A stretch of 64,000 nucleotides of DNA, taken from contig CAWBKB010000005.1 in assembly GCA_963789265.1 (NCBI GenBank), positions 32,001-96,000 on the forward strand, written 5' to 3'. How positions within the stretch are numbered: position 1 is the first letter of the stretch; each line of letters begins with the position of its first letter. This DNA is from an uncultured delta proteobacterium (GTDB lineage Bacteria > Desulfobacterota > Desulfomonilia > Desulfomonilales > Desulfomonilaceae). The notes beneath the pieces were generated by a model, which saw only the letters and a list, made by a program, of their open reading frames with translations, had not been told where the DNA came from and did no database searches. The translations under genes were made by a program, and so were the position numbers. This document shows, in pieces, positions 40,594-49,700 of this stretch.

Positions 40594-42237
40594 TTGAGCA
40601 CCGGAAAATCGAAAATTCCTTCCAGCGATCGGGTCTTGAAAGACTTTTCCTCCGAATTGCATGCCCTGGGAATCCCGTACAGCCAAGCAGGATTCGAGGA
40701 TTACCTCAGGGATGAATCCCGTTTTCGGGGACATGCTTTCGGATTGGTTCGCGCTCGCAGCGAAGGGGACGTTCTCGATGTCCTCCGACTAGCCAACCGA
40801 CTCCGTATTCCGCTTACGGTCGTATCAGGGAAGACATCTCTGACCGGCGCGTCCGTCCCTCTTGGCGGCGTGATTCTCGACCTCAGGGGATTGGACTTCG
40901 TCGATAAGAATGATCCTGCGTTGGTAGGTCCCGGCATCGTACTCAAGGCATACAAGGATCATGTGGCCGGAAGAGGCTTGTTCTACCCGCCGGACCCAAC
41001 TTCCGAAGATTCATGCACGCTTGGCGGAAACGTCGCGTGCAACGCATCAGGATCTTTGAGCTACCTGTATGGACCGACCCGGAACTATATCCGGGGGGTG
41101 AAGCTTGCTCTTCCCACGGGCACGGCCTTTGAGATCGAACGTGGGCAGATCGTTAGCGAGCAAGGCTATTTCACGATCCCCGCGGATTTGACATTCCCGC
41201 CGGAGGCGGAAGATCTCTTGATACCTGTCCCGAGGTCGGGCCATTCAGACTGGACTTTGTGCAAGAACGCTGCGGGCCTGTATTCCTCCGAACCGATGGA
41301 CCTGGTGGACCTCTTCATAGGAAGCGAAGGTATCCTGGGAATAATCCTACAGGTTAAGACTCGCTTGCTTTTGCGCCGAAATCCCCATTTTTCACTGATG
41401 CTCTACATTTCTACGCGGAAGCAGGCTGTGGAGGTTGTAACTCTGTTGAACTATTTCAAGCGATACTTTTACGACAGAGACGAGGGCCTTGGTGAGGAAG
41501 TAGAAAAGATGCTGGTTAAGTTGTCGGGGCCGGCAAACGTCCCTGATCTTGAGGAGTTTCGTTGCGTAGTCCCCTCTTGTATGGAATGGTTTGGAGCATC
41601 TGTCGCGCCACTCTTGTCGCACGAAAGGGCCGGAAAACTGGCAGGAGTCTACGGCTGTATTTACGTGGAACAGGAATATCCGGCAGAAGAAGACCCTATG
41701 GTAAGGGCTTCACAGTGGGCACTACTTGTGAAAATGTTAAATGACTCGCCCCCGACCGATTCGCACCCTATCGAAACTGAGGTTGCCCTTGACGAGAATC
41801 AGATTCGCAAGATGAGAAAAGATCGGCAGAATGTACCCGAAAGACTCAATGAATTGATCAGACCAGGCATGGTGAAAATTGGAACGGATTTTTCCGTTCC
41901 CATAGCGCATCTGGGAACCTTGATGAAGCTCTACGACGACGCTCTACCTTCAGGAAAGTCATATATATTCGGGCACATCGGAAATGCACACCTTCACTCA
42001 AACATATTGGCCGAAAACGGTGAGGAGTTAGAGTCTTACCGTTCTCTTACCCGGAAACTTGCTCTGGAAGTGTGCAAACTGAGAGGAAGTGTTTCCGCGG
42101 AGCACGGGATTGGAAAACTGAAACGTGAAATGCTGGAGATGATGCTCGGCGAGGATGGTATCAATGAAATAAGAAAGATCAAACGAATTCTCGATCCGAA
42201 CTTCATATTGAATATGGACAATATGGTGAAAATTTGA
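40594..42237 (+). CDS. FAD-binding oxidoreductase, GlcD/D-lactate dehydrogenase family
   Basis: GKTSLTGA, YPPDPTS, LGGNVACNASG, IGSEGILG, GHIGNAHLH, SAEHGIG. Confidence 0.9.
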   Translation: MSTGKSKIPSSDRVLKDFSSELHALGIPYSQAGFEDYLRDESRFRGHAFGLVRARSEGDVLDVLRLANRLRIPLTVVSGKTSLTGASVPLGGVILDLRGLDFVDKNDPALVGPGIVLKAYKDHVAGRGLFYPPDPTSEDSCTLGGNVACNASGSLSYLYGPTRNYIRGVKLALPTGTAFEIERGQIVSEQGYFTIPADLTFPPEAEDLLIPVPRSGHSDWTLCKNAAGLYSSEPMDLVDLFIGSEGILGIILQVKTRLLLRRNPHFSLMLYISTRKQAVEVVTLLNYFKRYFYDRDEGLGEEVEKMLVKLSGPANVPDLEEFRCVVPSCMEWFGASVAPLLSHERAGKLAGVYGCIYVEQEYPAEEDPMVRASQWALLVKMLNDSPPTDSHPIETEVALDENQIRKMRKDRQNVPERLNELIRPGMVKIGTDFSVPIAHLGTLMKLYDDALPSGKSYIFGHIGNAHLHSNILAENGEELESYRSLTRKLALEVCKLRGSVSAEHGIGKLKREMLEMMLGEDGINEIRKIKRILDPNFILNMDNMVKI

Positions 42238-42344
42238 AAAGGGCCCGAGAAGCCGCCTGTAGTAGTTTGGTGAAAATAGTCCCCTTGCCCGTTCCCCTAC
42301 ATGAAATCAGGAAAGATCGACGGCTCGGCCGAGAACTCCTTCCG

Positions 42345-42632
42345 TCACTCTTCCTCGGCAAATGGGTTACGGGCCAGACGGCAGGTGCAGTTGCCTTCAT
42401 CGCCACTGTTCCATTCATTGATGATTTTCTTCAGGCCCGTCTTGTCCAAGTCGAGGTATTGCTTCACATTGCCCTGTGTGATCAGCCTCATCTTGTAGGC
42501 AAAGAAAACTGCTTCCTCCAACAAAGCAGGACTAAAAGGGAGTCGCTCCTTTAGAAGTCCCCGCCTGTCCAATAAGTTCAAGATGTCATCGTAAGCACTA
42601 TTCTGCTTATTAAGATTTCCCGCGTCGTCCAT
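42345..42632 (-). CDS. Hypothetical protein (95 aa)
   Basis: GGAGAG RBS; fills an otherwise empty gap; natural-looking composition; C-terminal CTC. Confidence 0.6.
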   Translation of the reverse strand: MDDAGNLNKQNSAYDDILNLLDRRGLLKERLPFSPALLEEAVFFAYKMRLITQGNVKQYLDLDKTGLKKIINEWNSGDEGNCTCRLARNPFAEEE

Positions 42633-42785
42633 GGATCTCTCCCGATACGATCCGCCAGTCTCTCTAATATTAGTCCATCTCCAGCCGATCGTGTTTCAAG
42701 CGCGCTCTCGGTAATTGTTGCAAGTTTTCAAGTTAACTTTTATGTTTTATATTTTGAATACCAAATTCTTCGCCGGATCAATAAA

Positions 42786-43625
42786 ATGAGGACAATTTCA
42801 GTAACAGATGTTACCGCCGCGGTCCGCCGCTTGTGTATGGATGCGTGCACAATCCTTGGCGCCGATGTTGTAAAACGTCTCGAGGCCGCCCTGCTCAACG
42901 AGGAATCAACTATCGGCCGCGAGATTCTCGAGCGCATTATACAGAATTCTCAGATAGCCGCGGAGGAGAAAATACCTCTCTGCCAGGATACTGGAATGGC
43001 CGTGGTGTTTATGGAAATAGGCCAGGACGTTCATCTGACAGGAGGTGCGCTCGACGAAGCGATCAACGAAGGAGTCAGGCAAGGATATCGCGATGGACAT
43101 TTGCGCAAGTCGGTCCTTCATCCCATAACCCGTATTAATACCGGAGACAACACTCCTGCGGTGATTCACACCGAAATCGTCCCCGGAGCCGGCCTTAGGA
43201 TCACTCTGGCACCGAAGGGATTCGGGTCGGAAAACATGAGTCGGGTCATGATGTTTCCACCGTCGGCCGGCATTGAGGGGGTGAAGGACTTCATTGTTCA
43301 AAGAGTGGAAGAATCAGGAGGCAATCCCTGCCCGCCGGTAGTGGTCGGAGTAGGCCTCGGCGGCACTTTTGAGAAAGCCGCCCTTCTGGCCAAGAAGGCT
43401 CTGCTTCGGCCGCTGGACACTAGAAATTCCGACCCTGATTTGGACAGCCTCGAAAAGGAGTTGCTCGAACGGATCAACCGATTAGGCATCGGACCAATGG
43501 GCCTGGGCGGTCGCACCACGGCGCTCGCAGTGCACGTGAACGCATATCCTACGCATATTGCCAGTATTCCTTGCGCGGTCAACATACAGTGCCACTCGTG
43601 CCGTCACCGGGAGGTGGAGCTTTGA
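42786..43625 (+). CDS. Class I Fe-S fumarate hydratase/tartrate dehydratase, alpha subunit
   Basis: LCQDTG, NTGDNTP, KGFGSEN, GNPCPP, GPMGLGG, NIQCH. Confidence 0.93.
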   Translation: MRTISVTDVTAAVRRLCMDACTILGADVVKRLEAALLNEESTIGREILERIIQNSQIAAEEKIPLCQDTGMAVVFMEIGQDVHLTGGALDEAINEGVRQGYRDGHLRKSVLHPITRINTGDNTPAVIHTEIVPGAGLRITLAPKGFGSENMSRVMMFPPSAGIEGVKDFIVQRVEESGGNPCPPVVVGVGLGGTFEKAALLAKKALLRPLDTRNSDPDLDSLEKELLERINRLGIGPMGLGGRTTALAVHVNAYPTHIASIPCAVNIQCHSCRHREVEL

Positions 43626-44179
43626 AAGTCGAACCGAAACGGATAATCGCGCCCCTTGCGGGAGAACTGGTACGAGGACTTCGAGCAGGAGATGTTGTGA
43701 GTTTGTCAGGAACTGTTCTCACCGGGAGAGACGCGGCCCACAAACGGATGACAGATCTCTTACGCGACGGAAAGCCCCTCCCCTTTTCGATTAAAGGAGA
43801 GGTCATCTATTATGTTGGCCCCACACCTGCGCCCCCGGACCGTCCAATAGGAGCGGCAGGTCCTACAACGAGTTATCGGATGGACGCTTATGCGCCTCTC
43901 CTCATGGAGCATGGAATACGTGGAATGATAGGCAAAGGGCCTCGCTCCGAAGCGGTCAAGCAGGCTATGATTCAGTGGGGAGTGGTGTACTTCGCCGCGG
44001 TTGGCGGTACGGGGGCGCTGATATCGCGCTGCATAATAAAGTCCGAGGTTCTCGCATGGGAGGAACTGGGCCCCGAGGCGGTGCGCAGGCTCGTGATCGA
44101 AGATCTTCCGCTAATAGTGGCTGTCGATTCTAAGGGCGGCGACTTGTACGTGACCGGAAGGCAGAAATACAGGAAATAG
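43622..44179 (+). CDS. Class I Fe-S fumarate hydratase, beta subunit
   Basis: GRDAAHKR, YYVGP, GPTTSYRMD, MIGKG, LGPEA; TTG start overlapping the alpha stop. Confidence 0.93.
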   Translation: MKVEPKRIIAPLAGELVRGLRAGDVVSLSGTVLTGRDAAHKRMTDLLRDGKPLPFSIKGEVIYYVGPTPAPPDRPIGAAGPTTSYRMDAYAPLLMEHGIRGMIGKGPRSEAVKQAMIQWGVVYFAAVGGTGALISRCIIKSEVLAWEELGPEAVRRLVIEDLPLIVAVDSKGGDLYVTGRQKYRK

Positions 44180-44206
44180 CGAGTCCAACACCAATTCTAG
44201 AGCGCA

Positions 44207-44542
44207 TCACTCCTCTCTAACGGACGGAGATGGCTGCTCGTCGCCATGTTCCGTCCTCGCAGGAACACAATCTCCTAACGCTTTCCAGATTTCGTCGATT
44301 TGATCGGCATTGAGTCCCAGTTTTTCAAAAGTGCTTTCGAGCTTTTCAACCGACTCCATCTGTCTGACCAGATCGAAGTCTTCCCGGAGACATTTTCCCA
44401 CATAGTACTTTATGAGGGCCTGATATCCGGACATACCTTTGGCAGGAGCGATCTTTTTGAGTTTATCCAACACATCCACCGGAATACGGAGGGATATCAT
44501 GGTCGTAGGACGGTGTTTAGTCGGAATCATTATCTTCTTCAT
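44207..44542 (-). CDS. BrnA/CopG-like antitoxin
   Basis: ISLRIPVDVLDKLKKIA...GYQALIKYYV ribbon-helix-helix-like segment; overlaps the end of the toxin gene. Confidence 0.8.
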   Translation of the reverse strand: MKKIMIPTKHRPTTMISLRIPVDVLDKLKKIAPAKGMSGYQALIKYYVGKCLREDFDLVRQMESVEKLESTFEKLGLNADQIDEIWKALGDCVPARTEHGDEQPSPSVREE

Positions 44543-44834
44543 AGCGTCGTCTCTCCGCGGGTGTGGCAAATCGAGCAGAAATGATTCGCCATGCGTCTTC
44601 TCGCGTTTCTACGGCCACCACACACAGGGGTTTGAACGAATGTACTGGGTATGAGTACCCGACGATTATCCATCGTTCCTCCTTAGCGTGGATGTCCGGG
44701 AACATTTTATAGAAATCATCAATGAACACCTCGCATGCTTGCTCAAACGAGATCCCATGCTTTCGAAGATTCGTTGCGGCCTTTTCAGAATCCCATACGA
44801 AAGTGTATCCCTCGAAAACATGGGTTACGTCCAT
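44517..44834 (-). CDS. brnT: BrnT family ribonuclease toxin
   Basis: FVWDSEKAATNLRKHGISFE, EERW, RIISARFAT..ERRRYE. Confidence 0.92.
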   Translation of the reverse strand: MDVTHVFEGYTFVWDSEKAATNLRKHGISFEQACEVFIDDFYKMFPDIHAKEERWIIVGYSYPVHSFKPLCVVAVETREDAWRIISARFATPAERRRYEEDNDSD

Positions 44835-44840
44835 ATTAGT

Positions 44841-44869
44841 ATCCTAAAGTCCAGTATATACTTTGTCAA
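44841..44869 (-). promoter_or_regulatory. Sigma70 promoter of the toxin-antitoxin operon, with a palindromic operator
   Basis: TTGACA-17 bp-TAGGAT on the minus strand; AGTATATACT palindrome (44853-44862) in the spacer. Confidence 0.7.
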
Positions 44870-44968
44870 GACGACCGCCTCAAAAGGCTATGTCAACGTA
44901 CCGAATTCTGCCATCACTCTCTCAGCCACAAGATTCAGTCTAGGGAGCTCTCACTCCCTTCCCGACGC

Positions 44969-46411
44969 TTACCCCTCCCTCTGAGGAATCCGAACCCTAA
45001 CCACAGTGCCCTTCCCTTCCTCCGACTTTATGTCGATTGTGCCGCCCATTGATTCCACGAGCCCCAGGCATACCGCCAAACCCAAGCCGGTCCCCTTCCC
45101 TGGTTCCTTTGTCGTAAAAAAGGGATCGAAAACCTTCGCCAAATTCTCTTGCGAGATTCCCGAACCAGTGTCTTCAACTTCTATTTGCGTGGCACTTTGA
45201 TCCCTGTGCGTCCGGAGAATGATTTTCCCTCCGAAATGAGGAATGGCATCCGCGGCATTAAATACCAGGTTTACTATTACCTGCCGTATCTTTTCCGGCT
45301 CGGTCTTCAGCAGCGGCAGGTCCGGCGCAAGCTGAAATTCAAAACTAATGTTATTGAATCCTTTACGACCCTGCACCAAAGATGCGCAGTCCATGACCAA
45401 GGCATTGATGTCACTGATAATTATGTTCTCCGGGATGGGACGCGCAAATTCCAGCAGCCTTTGCAGGATGTCATGGATACGCTTGAGTTCCTGATCCATC
45501 CTGGACAGCACTTCAGAGCGGGAATCAGAATTCGGGCCTCTACCAAGGAGTTCAACGTAACCCATGACGATCTGAAGAGGATTGCCTATCTCGTGAGCGA
45601 CCCCAGCAGCCAGCCGGCCCACTCCCGCGAGTTTCTCCGATCGTATGAGCCCTTGCTGAGCTGCTTCAAGGTCGCGATTGATGGCCTTTAGTTGGCTGAT
45701 TAGCGCTTGCATTTTTTCACGATCGTCCACGATTTTCACGATCATGGCTTTGAGGCTGGAAGATATTCTCTGAATATCTCCTTTGAGGGCGGGCAAGGCG
45801 AAAGGATCCGGGGAATCGGTGATACCCGATGCTCTTCCAGCAAGTCGGGCTGCCTCTCTCACCGGCCCCAGAACCGTCCGGTTAAAAAGGATGTATCCCA
45901 GGAAGAACAGGGCTGCCTGAGTCAGGATGAGGTAAGCGCCGAAGAACTTCCACGATGGAGCGTAGGTTGTCGGGGGAATCTCGAGAAAAGTTCGGATTGC
46001 TCGAACCCCGTGAGGAAAGACTCCACTGAAATCCGCCAGAACAACTGTCTCACGAAATAGGCTACTAGGCCATCTCGCGCCGATAATTCTAATCCTGCGT
46101 CCTTGCTCCTGAGTGTTGGGAGGTTCGGGCTCTTTCCCGCCGGAACATCCGCCGAGAATACGGCCGCCGGAATCGTAAAGCAGCAGCTTTATCCCTGTGC
46201 GGCCTCGGCATACAGTTCGGACTCTCTCCCACATGTGTTCGGGCGTGTCGGAGTCCAAGATCTGGTCGTGGAGAAGGTCAATAATGACATTAGCCTGTTG
46301 GATCTTGAGATCGATGGCAGCACGTTCGAGAGACGCGCCAAAAACAGCGAACAGGAGAAGTCCGCTAACTGCAAGAATCACAGCCAGATTTACCAGAATG
46401 CCCCATCGCAC
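44969..46411 (-). CDS. Membrane sensor histidine kinase (NtrB-like HisKA + HATPase)
   Basis: Two TMs; SEKLAGVGRLAAGVAHEIGNPL, NLVFNAADA, DTGSGI, FDPFFTTK, GTGLGL. Confidence 0.95.
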   Translation of the reverse strand: MRWGILVNLAVILAVSGLLLFAVFGASLERAAIDLKIQQANVIIDLLHDQILDSDTPEHMWERVRTVCRGRTGIKLLLYDSGGRILGGCSGGKEPEPPNTQEQGRRIRIIGARWPSSLFRETVVLADFSGVFPHGVRAIRTFLEIPPTTYAPSWKFFGAYLILTQAALFFLGYILFNRTVLGPVREAARLAGRASGITDSPDPFALPALKGDIQRISSSLKAMIVKIVDDREKMQALISQLKAINRDLEAAQQGLIRSEKLAGVGRLAAGVAHEIGNPLQIVMGYVELLGRGPNSDSRSEVLSRMDQELKRIHDILQRLLEFARPIPENIIISDINALVMDCASLVQGRKGFNNISFEFQLAPDLPLLKTEPEKIRQVIVNLVFNAADAIPHFGGKIILRTHRDQSATQIEVEDTGSGISQENLAKVFDPFFTTKEPGKGTGLGLAVCLGLVESMGGTIDIKSEEGKGTVVRVRIPQREG

Positions 46412-46724
46412 GAAGCGTGCTCCTTGGGAGGAGAGTCATGGTCACCCAGGGACGCCAAACAAAACCGGCATCCTCGAAGGACCCGCCCAAAAATCTCTAT
46501 GATATACAACCGTTTTCATTCTGGTTACCAGGCTCTGCCTGGTAATCCATTTTTCCGGGCTCCGCCTGGAGAAGCACCAGCTTTCGAAAGCATTACGCCC
46601 CTCGTAGGTCTGAAACCCAAATGGGAGGCGGCGCCTCCCGCAAGGCATTTCCAGGCGGAGCCGGGGAACGAGAAGGTCGAACAGTGCATTAAGCGATTTT
46701 TAGCATATAACTGGCGAAAAGCAT

Positions 46725-49700
46725 TCAAAAAGTTTTGCGAATGAGCACCCTGGCTATCACTATTCCGTCCCTTTCTTCTACCCTGGCCTCGAATTTCCCT
46801 ATCGAAGCCTTCTCTATGTGACGCTCGGCTTCGTTCCTGAACTCCAACTTCGCTCGCCCCGAATTATCCACGGCCGTCACGTTAATATCTCTTAGATCGA
46901 ATCGCAGGCCGGTTCCTATGGCCTTCAAAGCAGCCTCTTTCAGGCACCACATTCTCGTCAGTTCAATCCAGCGCCGGTCGCTATTTCCGGCGGCCTGAAC
47001 CTCCTCTTCGGTGAAGTAATCGGTGGCCCATATATCGCTTCTGGCTTCCACTTTTTCCAGATCGACGCCCAGTCCTACAAACTCTCCCGGAGCGGTCGCA
47101 GCAGCCATTACCAGGCCATTGGAGTGCGAAAGTGAAACGTCTATTTTCAGGTCCGGTCTCCCCAGTATTTGCCCAATCGGCTTTCCTTGCTCATCCTGGG
47201 TTATGCGAATTTTCTTTTCAGGGAAGGTGGCGACGCCACGGGGTTCGATTGTTCTCCGAATGCTTCTTTTCAGAGCAATTCGACCGGCCAGCCATTCCGA
47301 AGCCCGCTTGGGAGTGGCTTTTTGGCCGTGTTCCGCGATTTCCTCATCGCCGAGTGAGCGCCTCAAAAATGCATCGGGACCGCTTTCCATTCCCTTGACG
47401 ACCTCGGCTACGGGCAGCATTTGTTCAAAGATTTTGCCGGGGAAACCGGAACTCTGCTCGAGTTCTACAATTTCCACACCTTTCAATCTGATAAGATCTC
47501 TGCCTGCACGGTCCCTTATTACTCCATCAAACTTGATAACAGTTTCTTTTTTCCAAACCTTCCCGAGAAGTTTCAACCGGTATTAATTCCCCTTCCCATG
47601 GCAATGAATCGACAGCACAGACCTGAACAGATTCCGTCCCCGTGGGCAGGGCCATTATCCCGAGGGATTCCACACCAAAGGCGGCCGCTGCTTGGAAAGT
47701 GGCTTCTATAGCTGATGACGTGATATCGGTAAACATGGCCTCGCGTTCGGACGTATCTCTGTAACGGAATCTGACCCCTCTTCTGTTACCTTCAATAACC
47801 ACATGGTCCAGAAACTTGAAGCCGGGCCCATGAAAGAATACCGAGTAAAGATCGTGCTCCGCGATCCACACCGATTCATTCCAAGGCGTGAGATCCAAGC
47901 AGGGCATCTGTTCGACAGTCCCGGCGGCGGCAAGACGGCACCGATGATGCAGCCGAGGTGATCCGACCCGGTTTCCCTCGCGGTCCACAAACCATGAAAA
48001 GATCCTTGCATGGTAAGTGTTGTGATTAGATCCCTCGGAAATGCGTGTTACCTCTACCTCGGCTCGGAATGGATCATCCTTGAATATCTTCAGGGGGCTG
48101 ACAAAACGTACGTCTTCAAACCTGGAGCAGGCTACTTCGGGGCTAAGCAGGGCAGCCGCGGCGCGCATTATCTCCATTCCACCCACGCCGGGCAGCACCG
48201 CTGCGCGGTCTATCCGGTGATGGTTCAATAGGGGATGCGAAGGGTCAAGCATGATCTCGGCCCGCAAGTATTCTCCGGGCAGGATCGACAGGAGCCTTCC
48301 GGGCTGACCTGCGAACCGCAGCTCGCCGAAATCTGCCGTACCGGGGAGGGTAAAAGCATCTGAAGTGAAGGGCCCTAATCTCCCCGCGCTTACGACCTCG
48401 CAAGCACCGGAAGTGCGTTCCAGTTCCCGCGCCAGGACTTCCACGCCCTTCTGTGGCGAAATGAAATCAATGCCGGCAGCTTCAAGGCTTTGTTGCACAC
48501 TGCCCCTCGTAGCCATGCCAACTTCGGACCATGGAGCCCAATCGATTATAGAGACTTTGGCATCCCAATCGCGGTCCGCTCTTCTCAACAGGTGCGCCAG
48601 CCCGTCATTGGCTGCGGAGTAGTCAACTTGCGCCATATTTCCAAATCGTCCCGCGACACTTCCAAACCCGACGACTCGCCGGGGCAGCATCCCATATTGG
48701 TTCAGGGCCTCCATGATGTTGCGCATTCCCTGAATCTTGACCGATACAACATTCTGCATCTGTTCTAAGGTCTTGCTCCGCAGCGCACGGCTCACGTCGA
48801 TTCCCGCACCGTGGACAACCACGTCCACGCGGCGGCAAGTTTCCGCGACGTGGCTAACGGCTTCGCCCACGGCATCTCGGTCGCGTATATCAACCGCCCT
48901 GTAAATGACTTCGGAACCCAAGCTTCGGAGATTTAGAATATTCCTGAACACCTCTGCTTCCGACTCAAGCGCGGCAAGCTCCTTTTCCACTTTCACTGGA
49001 GTGATAGGTACACCTTGTCGCTTCATTCGGTCTATGATTCTGGTCTTCTCTTCGGCCCACTGCTCGGGATTGAAACCGGCGAGTTGCTCGGCACGCCCGG
49101 AAAGCGACGTTCGACCGAGAATTACGACGGTCAGGTTATGCTTTTCTGCGAGATGTGAAAGGCAAGAGGCGGTGATGCCCCTGGCGCCGCCGCTCGCCAG
49201 TACGACGTCCCCGGTTCTGATTCCGGCGTCTCTCTCCTGCTCGATCATAGGTACCAGGCGAACGGTTCTCAATTCTCCGCTTTCTCTCACCGCGGTTTCC
49301 AGTGGAAAAGCTTCTCCTAGACTGCGAATAATTATCTCAGCGAGTTCCCCGGAGCCAAAATCCGGATGGAAATCCAACAGTCGCACAGTGGTGGCTGGAT
49401 ATTCTCTGGAAAAAGCTTTCGTGGCGCCGGCGACCGCACCGGCTATATCACCGGTTTCCGAGGGACAATCAAAGCCGTATGTGCCGTCTTCCGATACAGC
49501 GGTCACCAAAAACGAAGGACCCTTACCAAAGGCCGACGCGCAGGAAAGGTAAAGCTCGAAAGTTTTTCTCAAGGAGAGGGGATCGCCGTCCAGAGGAAAA
49601 AGGTTGATCAATCCTGTCCGCTTGGCAGTCAAATTGTCGGGGAGAACCGGATACGAGGATTGTCTCACGCTTGAATAACCGAGCGCGCCAAGTGCTTTCG

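Noticed and set aside
44969..46411. Histidine kinase as part of the megasynthase cluster
   Set aside because: Separated by about 310 nt containing a hairpin, with no sequence evidence of functional linkage; left as an orphan kinase.
46725..47576. Stand-alone PPTase gene as listed in the ORF track
   Set aside because: Its N-terminus is the last strands of the DH domain and joins the upstream ORF once one A is removed from a homopolymer; treated as part of the megasynthase.
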